Origin: Sedimentisphaerales bacterium
GTDB lineage: Bacteria; Planctomycetota; Phycisphaerae; Sedimentisphaerales; Anaerobacaceae
Direction: 5' to 3'
NCBI GenBank assembly: GCA_963708075.1
Contig: OY970194.1
Coordinates: 4,608,001-4,672,000 of the forward strand
DNA: 64,000 nucleotides
The notes under the pieces were generated by a model. It was not told the origin of the DNA. It searched no databases and saw only the letters and a list, made by a program, of their open reading frames with translations. How positions within the stretch are numbered: position 1 is the first letter of the stretch; each line of letters opens with the position of its first letter. The position numbers and the translations under genes are program-made. Shown here in pieces: positions 1 to 9,977 of this stretch.

Positions 1-381
1 CTGATCCAGATCAAGATGGTACATTGACCCCCTCGCCAAACGAACACGAGGCCGAAGCCAGTCGGGACCGTCGTGCGATGCACCCGTGTGCTGGGTCACC
101 CGGCAAAGGATCGACGCCCGGCGAAGAACATCGCGCAACGGCGCACCGAAGTCGGCAAAAGCGAATCATGAAGACACGGGCCAGGGACGCCGGCCATCGG
201 AGATTGTGCTTAGCAATCTACTGAAAGGACCCGCTTTAATTCCTTAATGCCGGGCCGCTGGAGTCCTTGCGGCGAGACTCCCATGATATAGAATAGGGTC
301 AGGCGGCCTCAACTGTACTCCCGATGGAGTGCATCCGTTGAGTGCCGTGGGAAGCACCGATCAATGTCATGGGGGACAATC

Positions 382-1890
382 ATGCCAGCGAAGAAGGTCA
401 CAGCCGACGAGAAGAACGACATCCAACTAGTGAAGACGGGTATCGCCGGGCTGGATGACATCCTGCGCGGCGGTCTGAGCCCGGGCGGACTCTACCTGAT
501 TGAGGGCACATCGGGCACAGGGAAAACGACCCTGGGCCTGCAGTTCGCCCTGACGGGTGCGTCCCAGGGCGAGTCCGTGGTGTATGTAACGCTGTCGGAG
601 ACCCAAAGAGATCTGGAGTCGGTCGCGCGCTCGCACGGCTGGGATGTGGAGAAGGTCCACATCATGCAGGCTCTGGCGCCGCAGGCGAAGGCAGCCACGA
701 TGTTCTATCCCTCCGAAGTGGAGCTTGAGGAGCTGATGACGCGCTTGAAAGAGGAGATCCGGCGGATCGCACCGGCGCGGATCGTCATCGACTCTCTCTC
801 GGAGATCCGCCTGATGGCGGAGGGTCCGCTGCGGTATCGCCGGGAAATGATGGGGCTCAAGCAGTTCCTTGCCTTCGGCCGAAGCACGGTCCTGCTCCTG
901 GAGGAGTCCACCGCCGAAAGCAGCCTGCGTACGTTCGCCGATGGCGTGATCCTGCTGGAGCAGTTGGCTCCCGAGTACGGGTCGGAACGCCGACGACTGT
1001 GGATCGTCAAGGCCAGGGGCAGGACGTATGTCGGCGGGTTTCATGACTTCGTGATCCGAAAGGAGGGACTGGAAGTCTTTCCGCGCCTTGTGGCGGCGGA
1101 GCATCGCGAGGAGCCGCACAAGCTCGAAGTGCTGCCGAGCGGCATTGCCTCGTTGGACGCCCTGCTCGGCGGCGGCCTCATGACGGGGTCAAGCACGCTG
1201 CTCGTGGGTCCGGCCGGCACGGGCAAATCCTCTATCGCCATGCAGTTCGCCGTCAGCGCTGCCGAGCGAGGCGGGAACGCGGCGGTATTCACCTTCGATG
1301 AGCGCCCGGAGACGGCGATCGCACGGGCCTCGGGGCTGCATATGAGTGTCCAGGTGCATATGGATGACGGCCGGCTCCGCATTCAGCAGTTGGACCCGGC
1401 GGAGCTCACTGCGGGCCAGTTCGCTCACATCGTCCGCGCGGAAGTGGAATCTCATAACGTGAGCGTCCTGGTGATCGACAGTCTCAACGGCTACCTGCAG
1501 GCCATGCCGGATCAGCGGTTCCTGCTCGCCCAGATGCATGAATTGCTGATGTACCTCGGCCAGCGGGGCGTCGCCACGTTCTTCGTCATGGGGCAATCCG
1601 GTGTCGTCGGCGATACTCTGTCGCCGGCAGACGCCAGCTATCTCACGGACAACATGCTCCTGTTCCGTTTCTTCGAGGCCCAGGGCGAGGTTCGCAAGGC
1701 GATCTCGGTCGTCAAGAAACGAGGGGGCTCCCATGAGATCGCCATCCGCGAACTAAAGTTCGGGCCTGAGGGTATAACGGTTGGTGAAGCGTTGCGCCAG
1801 TTCCAGGGAATCCTGACCGGCGTGCTAATCTTCACGGGGGCTCCCAACCAGTTGATGCAGGCAAAGGATGGCACAGGCCAAGGAAAGTAA
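382..1890 (+). CDS. KaiC-like/RAD55-family double-domain ATPase
   Basis: Two RecA-type domains with Walker A GTSGTGKT and GPAGTGKS and Walker B-like IVIDS/LVIDS; KaiC phosphosite-equivalent segment reads ASYLTD; ATG after GGGGGA RBS. Confidence 0.9.
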   Translation: MPAKKVTADEKNDIQLVKTGIAGLDDILRGGLSPGGLYLIEGTSGTGKTTLGLQFALTGASQGESVVYVTLSETQRDLESVARSHGWDVEKVHIMQALAPQAKAATMFYPSEVELEELMTRLKEEIRRIAPARIVIDSLSEIRLMAEGPLRYRREMMGLKQFLAFGRSTVLLLEESTAESSLRTFADGVILLEQLAPEYGSERRRLWIVKARGRTYVGGFHDFVIRKEGLEVFPRLVAAEHREEPHKLEVLPSGIASLDALLGGGLMTGSSTLLVGPAGTGKSSIAMQFAVSAAERGGNAAVFTFDERPETAIARASGLHMSVQVHMDDGRLRIQQLDPAELTAGQFAHIVRAEVESHNVSVLVIDSLNGYLQAMPDQRFLLAQMHELLMYLGQRGVATFFVMGQSGVVGDTLSPADASYLTDNMLLFRFFEAQGEVRKAISVVKKRGGSHEIAIRELKFGPEGITVGEALRQFQGILTGVLIFTGAPNQLMQAKDGTGQGK

Positions 1891-3590
1891 GAAGAATAGA
1901 CCAGCCCATCGCGTGTTGATGTACGCGCAGACCACGGAAGATATTTCGATTCTCCAGGATATCCTGGCCGGGATTGGGGCCGAGGGGGTGGTCTGTACCG
2001 ACTTTGGGGACCTGTGCCGGCAAACGGCTCAGGATGTGGATGCGGTATTATTGACTGAACAATCGATTGTGGATGGAGCATTGCCGATCCTGGCCGAAGC
2101 GCTGCAAGGTCAGCCGGAGTGGTCGGACCTGCCTGTCCTGTTCGTCGCGGCCGGCGGGGCCGAATCCCCCCTGGCGGTGCAGGCGATGCAGGAACTCCGC
2201 AATGTGGTCATCCTCGACCGGCCCGTACGCATCGCGACGCTCGCCAGCGTCCTGCGGATGGCATCGCGGGTGAGAGACAAGCAGCGTCAGGTTCGCGATC
2301 TTCTGCAAGAGCGAGAACCGGCAAGAGCAGCGCCTGCGGCGGTTGACGGAGCTGTTGGAAGAAGACGTCAAGGCGAAGACGGAGACACTGACGGGCACGA
2401 TAGACCGGCTGCATGACGAGGTGGCCGGTCGCACGCTGGCGGAAGGGAGACTCTACAAAAGCTCGCAGATGCTCGAGGCGTTCTTTGAGCATACGATCAG
2501 CCCCCTGGTGTTCATGGATCGAAACTTCAACTTCGTACGGGTCAACAAGGCCTACGCCAGAGTCCATGAAAAGAGCCCTGAGTACTTCGTCGGCAAGAAC
2601 CTTTTCGCCCTGTATCCAAGCTTGGAGGATCAGGCGATTTTCGAGGAGGTCATGCGGACCCGGCAGCCGTACCGGGCCTATGCCAAGCCTTTCGCTTTTC
2701 CCGATGCCCCCCAACCGGACGTAACCTACTGGAACTGGTGGCTCACGCCTTTGCTGAATAACCTTGGCGAGGTGCAACTCCTTGTGCTGAACCTGGAAGA
2801 CGTGACCGAGCGGCAGGAAGCTTTCTTCGAGCTGCAGGAGCGGACGCTCCAGCTTCAGCAACTGACATTGGAGCTATCGCAGACGGAGGACCGCGAGCGC
2901 AAGCATCTGGCGGAGATCCTGCACGACGACCTGCAGCAATTGCTCGCGGCGGCCAAGTTCCACGTCGGCCTCCTGAGCCGTCGCGCCAGGGGCGACGAAG
3001 AGTTGCTGGAGATGGTCGGGCAGGTCAAGGCGATGCTCGTGGAGGCCATCGAGAAATCCCGCAGCCTGTCGCATGAACTCAGTCCGCCCGGGCTCTCCAA
3101 GAGCGATCTCCATGAAACCTTCGAATGGCTCGCGCAGCAGTTCCAGACGAAGCACGGCCTGACGGTCTTTCTGGATGCCTGTGAGGGGATCGAACTGCCA
3201 TCGGAGCCGCTCAGGGCCATTCTCTACAAGGCGGCCCAGGAGATGCTGTTCAATGTGGTCAAGCACGCCGGGGTCACGGAGGCAACACTGCGGCTGCGGC
3301 GCCGGGGCGGATATATCTGCCTGTCCGTGTCCGACAGGGGCCGGGGATTCAATCCGGAAGAACCCGGCCGTACCGGCGGGTTCGGGCTCCTGAGCATCCG
3401 GGAACGAGTCAAGCTGCTCGGCGGCCGTATGAAGATCAGGAGCGCCAAAGGTAAAGGGAGCACGTTCCTCATCATCGTTCCGGATTCCCAGCCGCAAATG
3501 ACCCAGCCCAAGAACATCACCATTCAGAGTGTTCCTCGCCACGATCCGTGGGCCGAAAGCGGACGATATTCAGCGGCGGGCGCGCCATAA
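1868..3590 (+). CDS. Pseudo-receiver + PAS + NarX/UhpB-type histidine kinase, split by a 1-bp frameshift near 2318
   Basis: ORF 1868..2416 is receiver-like; ORF 2343..3590 has PAS, H-box EILHDDLQQ, N-box FNVVKHA, DRGRG and GFGL. Removing one C at 2318-2319 gives contiguous ERERQEQRLRRLTELLE. Confidence 0.8.
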
Positions 3591-3624
3591 GGCACGTTGC
3601 CGATCCGGGCTTTTGCCGTGAGTC

Positions 3625-4110
3625 TCAGTCCGGCTCGGGAGGCAGGATGCCTTCAAGGCGTGCATCCACTTCCAAGTCGTATGCACAGGCGATCCGAGCG
3701 ATATGGATTCCAAACAGGGCTCGCAACTCACCCAGCGTGCTGTGGAGCTGGGCCTCGTAGGGCGGCCCATATCCTGACCTTGGAGACTGATTCTCCTCGA
3801 GAAACATGCGGCAGGCCGCCCGCATGGCTCGCAGGCCTTCCTGCAGGACAGAGTCGGCCGACAAACCTGCGAGGTCGCGGGTAAGCCGCTCGCGCAGGTC
3901 GATGATGGATTGCGCGACGAACGATCCGATCGCTATATCATAGGGGTCCCACAGGGCCGGCTGCTCCGCGAGATGGATCAGCACTCGCTTCGCCCTTTTT
4001 AGTTCCTTCTCCGGCGGATTCCAACTGACTCCGCCGACAGGAGTAGAAATACCGATCAGACGAGCGGCAAGCTGCCCACCTTTGAATCTCGTCTTCTGCG
4101 TCGTTGTCAT
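3625..4110 (-). CDS. Conserved hypothetical protein (DUF6650-like)
   Basis: 161-aa ORF with GISTPVGGVSWNPP and LRAMRAACR motifs; family name from recall only. Confidence 0.55.
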   Translation of the reverse strand: MTTTQKTRFKGGQLAARLIGISTPVGGVSWNPPEKELKRAKRVLIHLAEQPALWDPYDIAIGSFVAQSIIDLRERLTRDLAGLSADSVLQEGLRAMRAACRMFLEENQSPRSGYGPPYEAQLHSTLGELRALFGIHIARIACAYDLEVDARLEGILPPEPD

Positions 4111-4296
4111 GTTCCAGACCCTTCATTCATTCGGATGCCTGATGGGCAAGGCTTCACACATCTGCCCAATCATCATACGGCCGCCGAATAGAGCTTGGTC
4201 GAGGTATTCCCTCCGTTCCCCTACGGTGCATTATGGGTCAAATCCATAGTTAGCTAGGTAAAGGTGTTTCCGTTAGGAGGCATTCATAGAACATTT

Positions 4297-5081
4297 TAAT
4301 AGGGACGGACCCTATTTTCTGCTGGACATGGCGACTGGTGGGGGTTAGGCATGAGGACATGCCCAGAACTGCACGAGTCGTGATACCCGGTTGCGTCCAC
4401 CATGTGACACAGCGTGGCAACAATCGCCAGGACGTGTTCTTCGTGGATGCGGACCGGCAGGTGTTCCTGCAATATCTGCGCGAGGCCGCGAAGCGATTTG
4501 CGTTGCAGGTGGAGGGCTACTGCCTGATGACCAACCACATTCATCTGGTCGTCACGCCGCAGCGGGAGGACTCGCTGGCGGCCGCCTTGAAGCGAGTGAA
4601 CCAGTTATATGCCCAATACGTGAACCGCATGCACGGCCGCAGCGGCCACCTCTGGCAGAATCGATTCTTCTCCTGCCCGCTGGATCTGGAACACGTGTGG
4701 CGAGTATTGGTCTACGTGGAGCGCAACCCGGTGCGTGCACGCCTGTGTCGAAAAGCATGGCAGTGGCAATGGAGCAGTGCCGGAGCTCATTGCGGCGGGG
4801 ATGACCCCTCTGAGTTGCTGGACATGGAGTCCTGGGAGCTGGACATGACTCCTGTCAAATGGCGACGAATGCTGGAACGCCCCGACGATGACCGGCTGGC
4901 CAGATCTCTCCAACTCTCGACAAGCCGCGGCCGGCCGCTCGGCAGCGACAGTTTCATAGCCAAGCTGGAGACCATGCTGGGCCGGCGTCTCCGCCCGTTG
5001 CCCCGAGGCCGGCCACCGAAGCCTAAGCACCACCGCGCCGCCACGCAGAAGGGGGAAATAAAATAGGGTCTGTCCCTATTA
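4297..5081. mobile_element. RAYT cassette bounded by inverted palindromic ends
   Basis: TAATAGGGACGGACCCTATTTT (4297-4318) and AAAATAGGGTCTGTCCCTATTA (5060-5081) are reverse complements with 1 mismatch; each is a hairpin. Confidence 0.75.
4359..5066 (+). CDS. REP-associated tyrosine transposase (RAYT, Y1 HUH)
   Basis: HHVTQRGNNR, YCLMTNHIHLV (HUH), GHLWQNRF, YVERNPVRA motifs. Confidence 0.92.
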   Translation: MPRTARVVIPGCVHHVTQRGNNRQDVFFVDADRQVFLQYLREAAKRFALQVEGYCLMTNHIHLVVTPQREDSLAAALKRVNQLYAQYVNRMHGRSGHLWQNRFFSCPLDLEHVWRVLVYVERNPVRARLCRKAWQWQWSSAGAHCGGDDPSELLDMESWELDMTPVKWRRMLERPDDDRLARSLQLSTSRGRPLGSDSFIAKLETMLGRRLRPLPRGRPPKPKHHRAATQKGEIK

Positions 5082-5209
5082 TCTCCCATTATCCTCCTAT
5101 TATCCGGCGAATTCACATGGTAAGTGCAACAGGAATATGAGAGCGACATCGCGAGTGGAATCCGGTAGCTTGGAGTTGTTCAAAGACTTCAGACTACGGA
5201 GTGCTCGCG

Positions 5210-6190
5210 ATGTCGTACCACCATCTTACCATGGACGAACGCAATGTCATCTATCGAATGCAGTGGCAGGGCTATCATCCCGCCGAGATCGCCCGGTGTC
5301 TCGGCCGCCATCGCAGCACGATCAGCCGCGAGTACAGACGCAACGTCAATGTCGACGGCCGTTACTTCTCCAGCGACGCCCAAGCCCGGGCCAACAGTCG
5401 AAGACGGGCTCATCTACGGCGCCCCAAGACGGACAACCGTCGGCTGATGACCTACGTGGCGGCGCGTCTGGCGGACCGATGGTCGCCCCAGCAAATCGCC
5501 GGCCGACTCTCGAAGCAGGCCCCGGCGAATCTGGAGGGTCTTTCCCTCAGCCATACCACCATCTACCGCTGGATCTGGGCCGACCCTGAGCGGACCCGCC
5601 AGTTCCGTCCCTTTCTGCGAATCGCTCGAAAGCCCCGACGCAAGCCTTACGGCAAACCCTCGCGTCAGGGCCAAATTCTTGGCAAACGATCCATCGAGCA
5701 GCGTCCTGTCCAAGCCAACGAGCGAACTCAACTCGGTCACTGGGAGGGCGATACGATGGTCGGCAAAGACCGCCGCGGATACCTGCTGACCTGCGTGGAC
5801 CGCCACAGCCGCTACCTGATCGCCCGAAAAGTCGACGCCTGCGCCACGGAACCGGTGGCCCAGCGGCTCCACCAGACGATTCGCCGATTCCCACCCGCCA
5901 AACGCCGCAGCCTCACGTTGGACAATGGCCGGGAGTTCGCGCGTCCGAACGAGTTGGAAAAGACGCTGGACCTGCCCGTCTACTTCGCGCATCCCTACCA
6001 CGCATGGGAACGCGGAACCAACGAAAACACCAACGGCCTTTTACGTCAGTACCTGCCCAAAGGCACCGACCTGACCCAGGTCACCGACGGACAACTCCGC
6101 GCCTTCGTCCGCCGGCTCAACCACCGGCCCCGCAAAGGCCTCGACTTCCAAACCGCTTTTGAGGTCTTCCATCCTCGACCGTCGGGATAG
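5210..6190 (+). CDS. IS30-family DDE transposase
   Basis: N-terminal HTH (IARCLGRHRSTISRE), WSPQQI, GHWEGD, TLDNGREF, WERGTNENTNGLLRQYLPKG. Confidence 0.95.
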   Translation: MSYHHLTMDERNVIYRMQWQGYHPAEIARCLGRHRSTISREYRRNVNVDGRYFSSDAQARANSRRRAHLRRPKTDNRRLMTYVAARLADRWSPQQIAGRLSKQAPANLEGLSLSHTTIYRWIWADPERTRQFRPFLRIARKPRRKPYGKPSRQGQILGKRSIEQRPVQANERTQLGHWEGDTMVGKDRRGYLLTCVDRHSRYLIARKVDACATEPVAQRLHQTIRRFPPAKRRSLTLDNGREFARPNELEKTLDLPVYFAHPYHAWERGTNENTNGLLRQYLPKGTDLTQVTDGQLRAFVRRLNHRPRKGLDFQTAFEVFHPRPSG

Positions 6191-6193
6191 CTC

Positions 6194-6388
6194 TTGCGAC
6201 CGACTCCCCTCTGGGATACACTGCCGGCACCGTGGCGGAGGATAGGGCGCTGCTGGGAAGCAACCCGAGCGCCGCTGCGGCCCAGGGACATGGGCGACGG
6301 GGAAGCTATACTACGTCGCCTTATCCCCTTTATCCTGCCTCTGGCCCAATGCGATAAATCCCAGCGGTCAGGGGACAGCGTCCCCTGA
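6194..6388 (+). ncRNA. Candidate structured RNA element, copy A (inside IS30 3' region)
   Basis: TTGCGA-N17-TACACT, stem CCGTGGCGG/CCGCTGCGG around GGATAGGGC..CCCGAGC core, terminal hairpin TCAGGGGAC/GTCCCCTGA; homologous to copies at 40862 and 50035. Confidence 0.55.
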
Positions 6389-6452
6389 AGTACACAAATG
6401 AATAGGCGACCGGATGACTCGCTATCGTCGAGTCCGTGTTGCACTTCGCATG

Positions 6453-6925
6453 TTAATGCGCCTGTGGAATACTTACGTTGCTTTGGCTATATGGAGTACC
6501 ATCAGAGTACATGGTCATCAAAGTGAAACCATGCTGACTTAATGAGCCTCGGAGAATGAAACCGCGCGTGGAGATTTTGTTCTCCGTGTGTTTGGTCGGA
6601 TGTGCCACAGACATGCTTCGGATCGCACAGATATGCGGGAGCTTCGGTGAGTTGCGAGCTTTGATCCCCAACACCCGGCATATGCAAGCAACAACGTCTT
6701 GTTGTGTTTGAAGTAGCTGGAACGCACCATAGACCTGAAGGTAGCAAAGGCCGGCGTCTTCGATATGAGACTGGTTCAGGTAAGAATCGAATGCAAGCTC
6801 CGTGTCGCCCACTATGTCGAGAGCACTGCAGAGCGTGTTCCAGTCAGCAGAGCGCCTGATCAGCTCATGTTTCTTGCGACCACGATTGATCCGGTCCCGG
6901 ATCTTGCTCTCAAGCCCAGCAATGT

Positions 6926-6929
<4 letters not shown>
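6453..6929 (-). pseudogene. Hypothetical protein (possible HEPN-like), 3'-truncated by IS30
   Basis: ORF overlaps the antitoxin stop and runs into the IS30 right TIR, where its stop codon lies; IRSMSVAHPTK resembles an Rx4-6H motif. Confidence 0.55.
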
Positions 6930-7460
<531 letters not shown>

Positions 7461-7660
7461 CTACCGACATCCGACTTATCCTTCACCTACAGTCAAGATG
7501 ATAACGGGCCGCACAGTACAACGCAACAGAGAGAGCCCACATGCCGCATCGGCAATTGGGCCAGGTGCAGATTGTGTCTTGGGATGGGGTTTTCTCCGCC
7601 TTGCGATGTCTCAACGACTGACCGGATGCGCCCTCCGGCAGGAATTGGCGGGGAATGGGC

Positions 7661-7689
7661 TTGACAGGGGGCGGGGCTTGTGGCATACT
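7661..7689 (+). promoter_or_regulatory. sigma70-like promoter for ilvB copy 1
   Basis: TTGACA-N17-CATACT. Confidence 0.65.
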
Positions 7690-7906
7690 TTATATGTCCT
7701 CGCATGAACTGCGGGGACGCAACCTGGTTCATCCCGATGTCGGGATGATTTTGGAGTTGCGGCTGGCTATGTATCTGTGGCCGGTCGGTCGCTCTTCAGG
7801 GTAAGAGTGATGGGCCGCCGCAGGAGCCTGAAAAGCCGCAATCCGCCGGAATAACCCAGGGTTCCTTTGGGTAGGGACCCGCCGTGTTGATCAGGAAAGG
7901 AAGGGT

Positions 7907-9645
7907 ATGCCAACTGATTCTCCGTCCCCGGCCGGTCCGGCCGAACGCCCAATCCCCAAAACCGGTGCTCAAATCATCGTTGACGCTCTGCTCGCGCATG
8001 GCGTGGACATCGTTTTCGGCTATACGGGCGCGTCTGTAATCCCTTTGTTTGACAGGCTTTATGAGACGCCCATCCGGATCATCGTGCCCTGTCACGAGCA
8101 AGGCGGCTGTCACATGGCCGATGCCTACGCCCGCGCCGGCGGCAAGGTTGGCGTGATGATCGCCACAAGTGGGCCCGGGGCGTGCAACCTGGTCACCGGT
8201 CTGGCTACGGCGATGATGGACTCGATTCCGCTCGTTGCGATCACGGGGCAGGTTCGGACCGATCTGATTGGCGACGATGCGTTCCAGGAGGCCCCCACCA
8301 CCGGGATCACTCGGTCGGTCACCAAGCATAGCTCGATCGTTATGAACATAAAGGATCTGGCCAGAACGATCTATGAGGCCTTTCATATCGCTTCGACCGG
8401 CCGGCCGGGACCTGTTCTGATCGATATTCCCGCGGATTTGGAGTTCCAGAGATACAACGTCAATGGCTCGATCCGCGTGAATCTGCCGGGCTACCGGTCC
8501 GCACACGAACGGACACGCCGGACAGATTGCCGAGGCGGCCGAGGCTATCAACCGCTCCGAGAGGCCGGTGCTGCTCGCCGGCGGCGGGGTCATCACCGCC
8601 AATGCCTCGCGAGGAGCTGCGCGAGCTCGCCCGCAAGGCGAATCTGCCTGTCGCGATGACATTGATGGGCCTGGGCAGCTTCGATCAGCGTCAGCCGCAA
8701 TCCCTGGACATGCTCGGCATGCACGGCACCGCGTATGCCAATTTCGCCGTGCAGGAGTGCGACCTGCTGATCGCTATCGGGGCGCGGTTCGATGATCGCG
8801 TTACCGGAAAGCTGGCGACCTTCGCCCCGAAAGCGAAGGTGATCCATATCGACATCGACCCATCGAACATCTCCAAGACTGTGTCGATGCCGATATCCCG
8901 ATTGTCGGCGATGCAAAGACCGTTCTCGCCGGTCTGGCGGAGGGCGTCGAGTATCGTGAAAGGGCTCCATGGTTCGCCAGGATCAGCGATTGGAAGGGCC
9001 GGTGTCCGCCGACGTATGATCGCCAGGCGACCACCATCAAGCCACAGTACGTTATCGAGGAACTATGCCGCCGGACGGATGAGAACACGATTATCACGAC
9101 CGGCGTGGGGCAGCACCAGATGTGGAGTTCGCAGTTCTACAGGTTCAGCCGACCCCGGCAGCTTATCACTTCGGGCGGGCTGGGGACGATGGGTTTCGGC
9201 CTGCCCGCGGCTATCGGGACGCAGATCGCCCGGCCGGACGCCACGGTCATCGACATTGACGGCGATCACAGCTTCAATATGACCATGGCCGAGCTGAATA
9301 CCGCCGTGCAGCACGAGCTGCCGATCAAGGTCTGCATCTTGAACAACGGGTACATGGGCATGATGCGGCAGTGGCAGGAGCTGTTCTACTCGAAACGGTA
9401 CGTCTACAGCCACCTGCGGAATCCCGACTATGCCGCGTTTGCCCGGGCGGTCGGCGCTGTCGGCATCACGGTCGAGTCGAAGGACGAGGTCGGCCCGGCC
9501 ATCGAGCAGATGCTCCGCGAGGACAGGCCCTGCGTAGTCGATCTTCCACGTCGATGCTGAGGAGAATGTTGTGCCGATGGTGCCCCCTGGCAAGAGGCCT
9601 GCACGAAATGGAGGGCGTGCGAGAGCGCTCCAGAACGCGATGTGA
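7907..9645 (+). CDS. ilvB: Acetolactate synthase large subunit, copy 1 (multiply frameshifted; end approximate)
   Basis: [47 protein letters not shown] motifs spread over several frames. Confidence 0.88.
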
Positions 9646-9722
9646 GGCCAGCATGGGTCCTATTCGTCCTATAGGTCCCATCTGCCTCGACTTCAGTCCC
9701 TTCGGGGAATGGTCGAAAGCAA

Positions 9723-9751
9723 TTGACTAAGAGAGTTCACCGCTATATGAT
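9723..9751 (+). promoter_or_regulatory. sigma70-like promoter for ilvB copy 2
   Basis: TTGACT-N17-TATGAT. Confidence 0.65.
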
Positions 9752-9977
9752 TTTGACCCTTGTGCGGGCCGGGTCGCCCGTGCGAGACCTGAAACGCCCC
9801 AGACGGTTGGGGCGGTGACGGCAGCGTGGTGGGGCAGCAACCTTCAGGCGGATTGGGCGGCTCTGATTGATGGAACCGACCGATAACCTGAAATGGCCCG
9901 TGACGCCACGATGAGCCGGAATGACGAGTGGGTTCCTTACCGTCGGAACCCGTATGTTGCTCAGGAAAGGATGTAGA

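Larger units (their letters stand above)
5106..6462 (+). mobile_element. IS30-family insertion sequence
   Basis: 26-bp imperfect TIRs GGCGAATTCACATGGTAAGTGCAACA (5106-5131) and TGTTGCACTTCGCATGTTAATGCGCC (6437-6462) enclose the transposase; no matching target duplication. Confidence 0.88.

Noticed and set aside
1..27. Possible 3' end of an upstream gene (LIQIKMVH*)
   Set aside because: Too short to assign.
6230..6300. Structured-element core as a known self-cleaving ribozyme, SRP RNA or riboswitch
   Set aside because: It lacks hammerhead CUGAnGA/GAAA and SRP domain IV signatures, and I could not match a riboswitch consensus by eye. cmscan is needed.
9653..9681. ATGGGTCCTATTCGTCCTATAGGTCCCAT as a terminator
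   Set aside because: Weak imperfect palindrome with 9-nt periodicity and no U-tract; single occurrence in the window.
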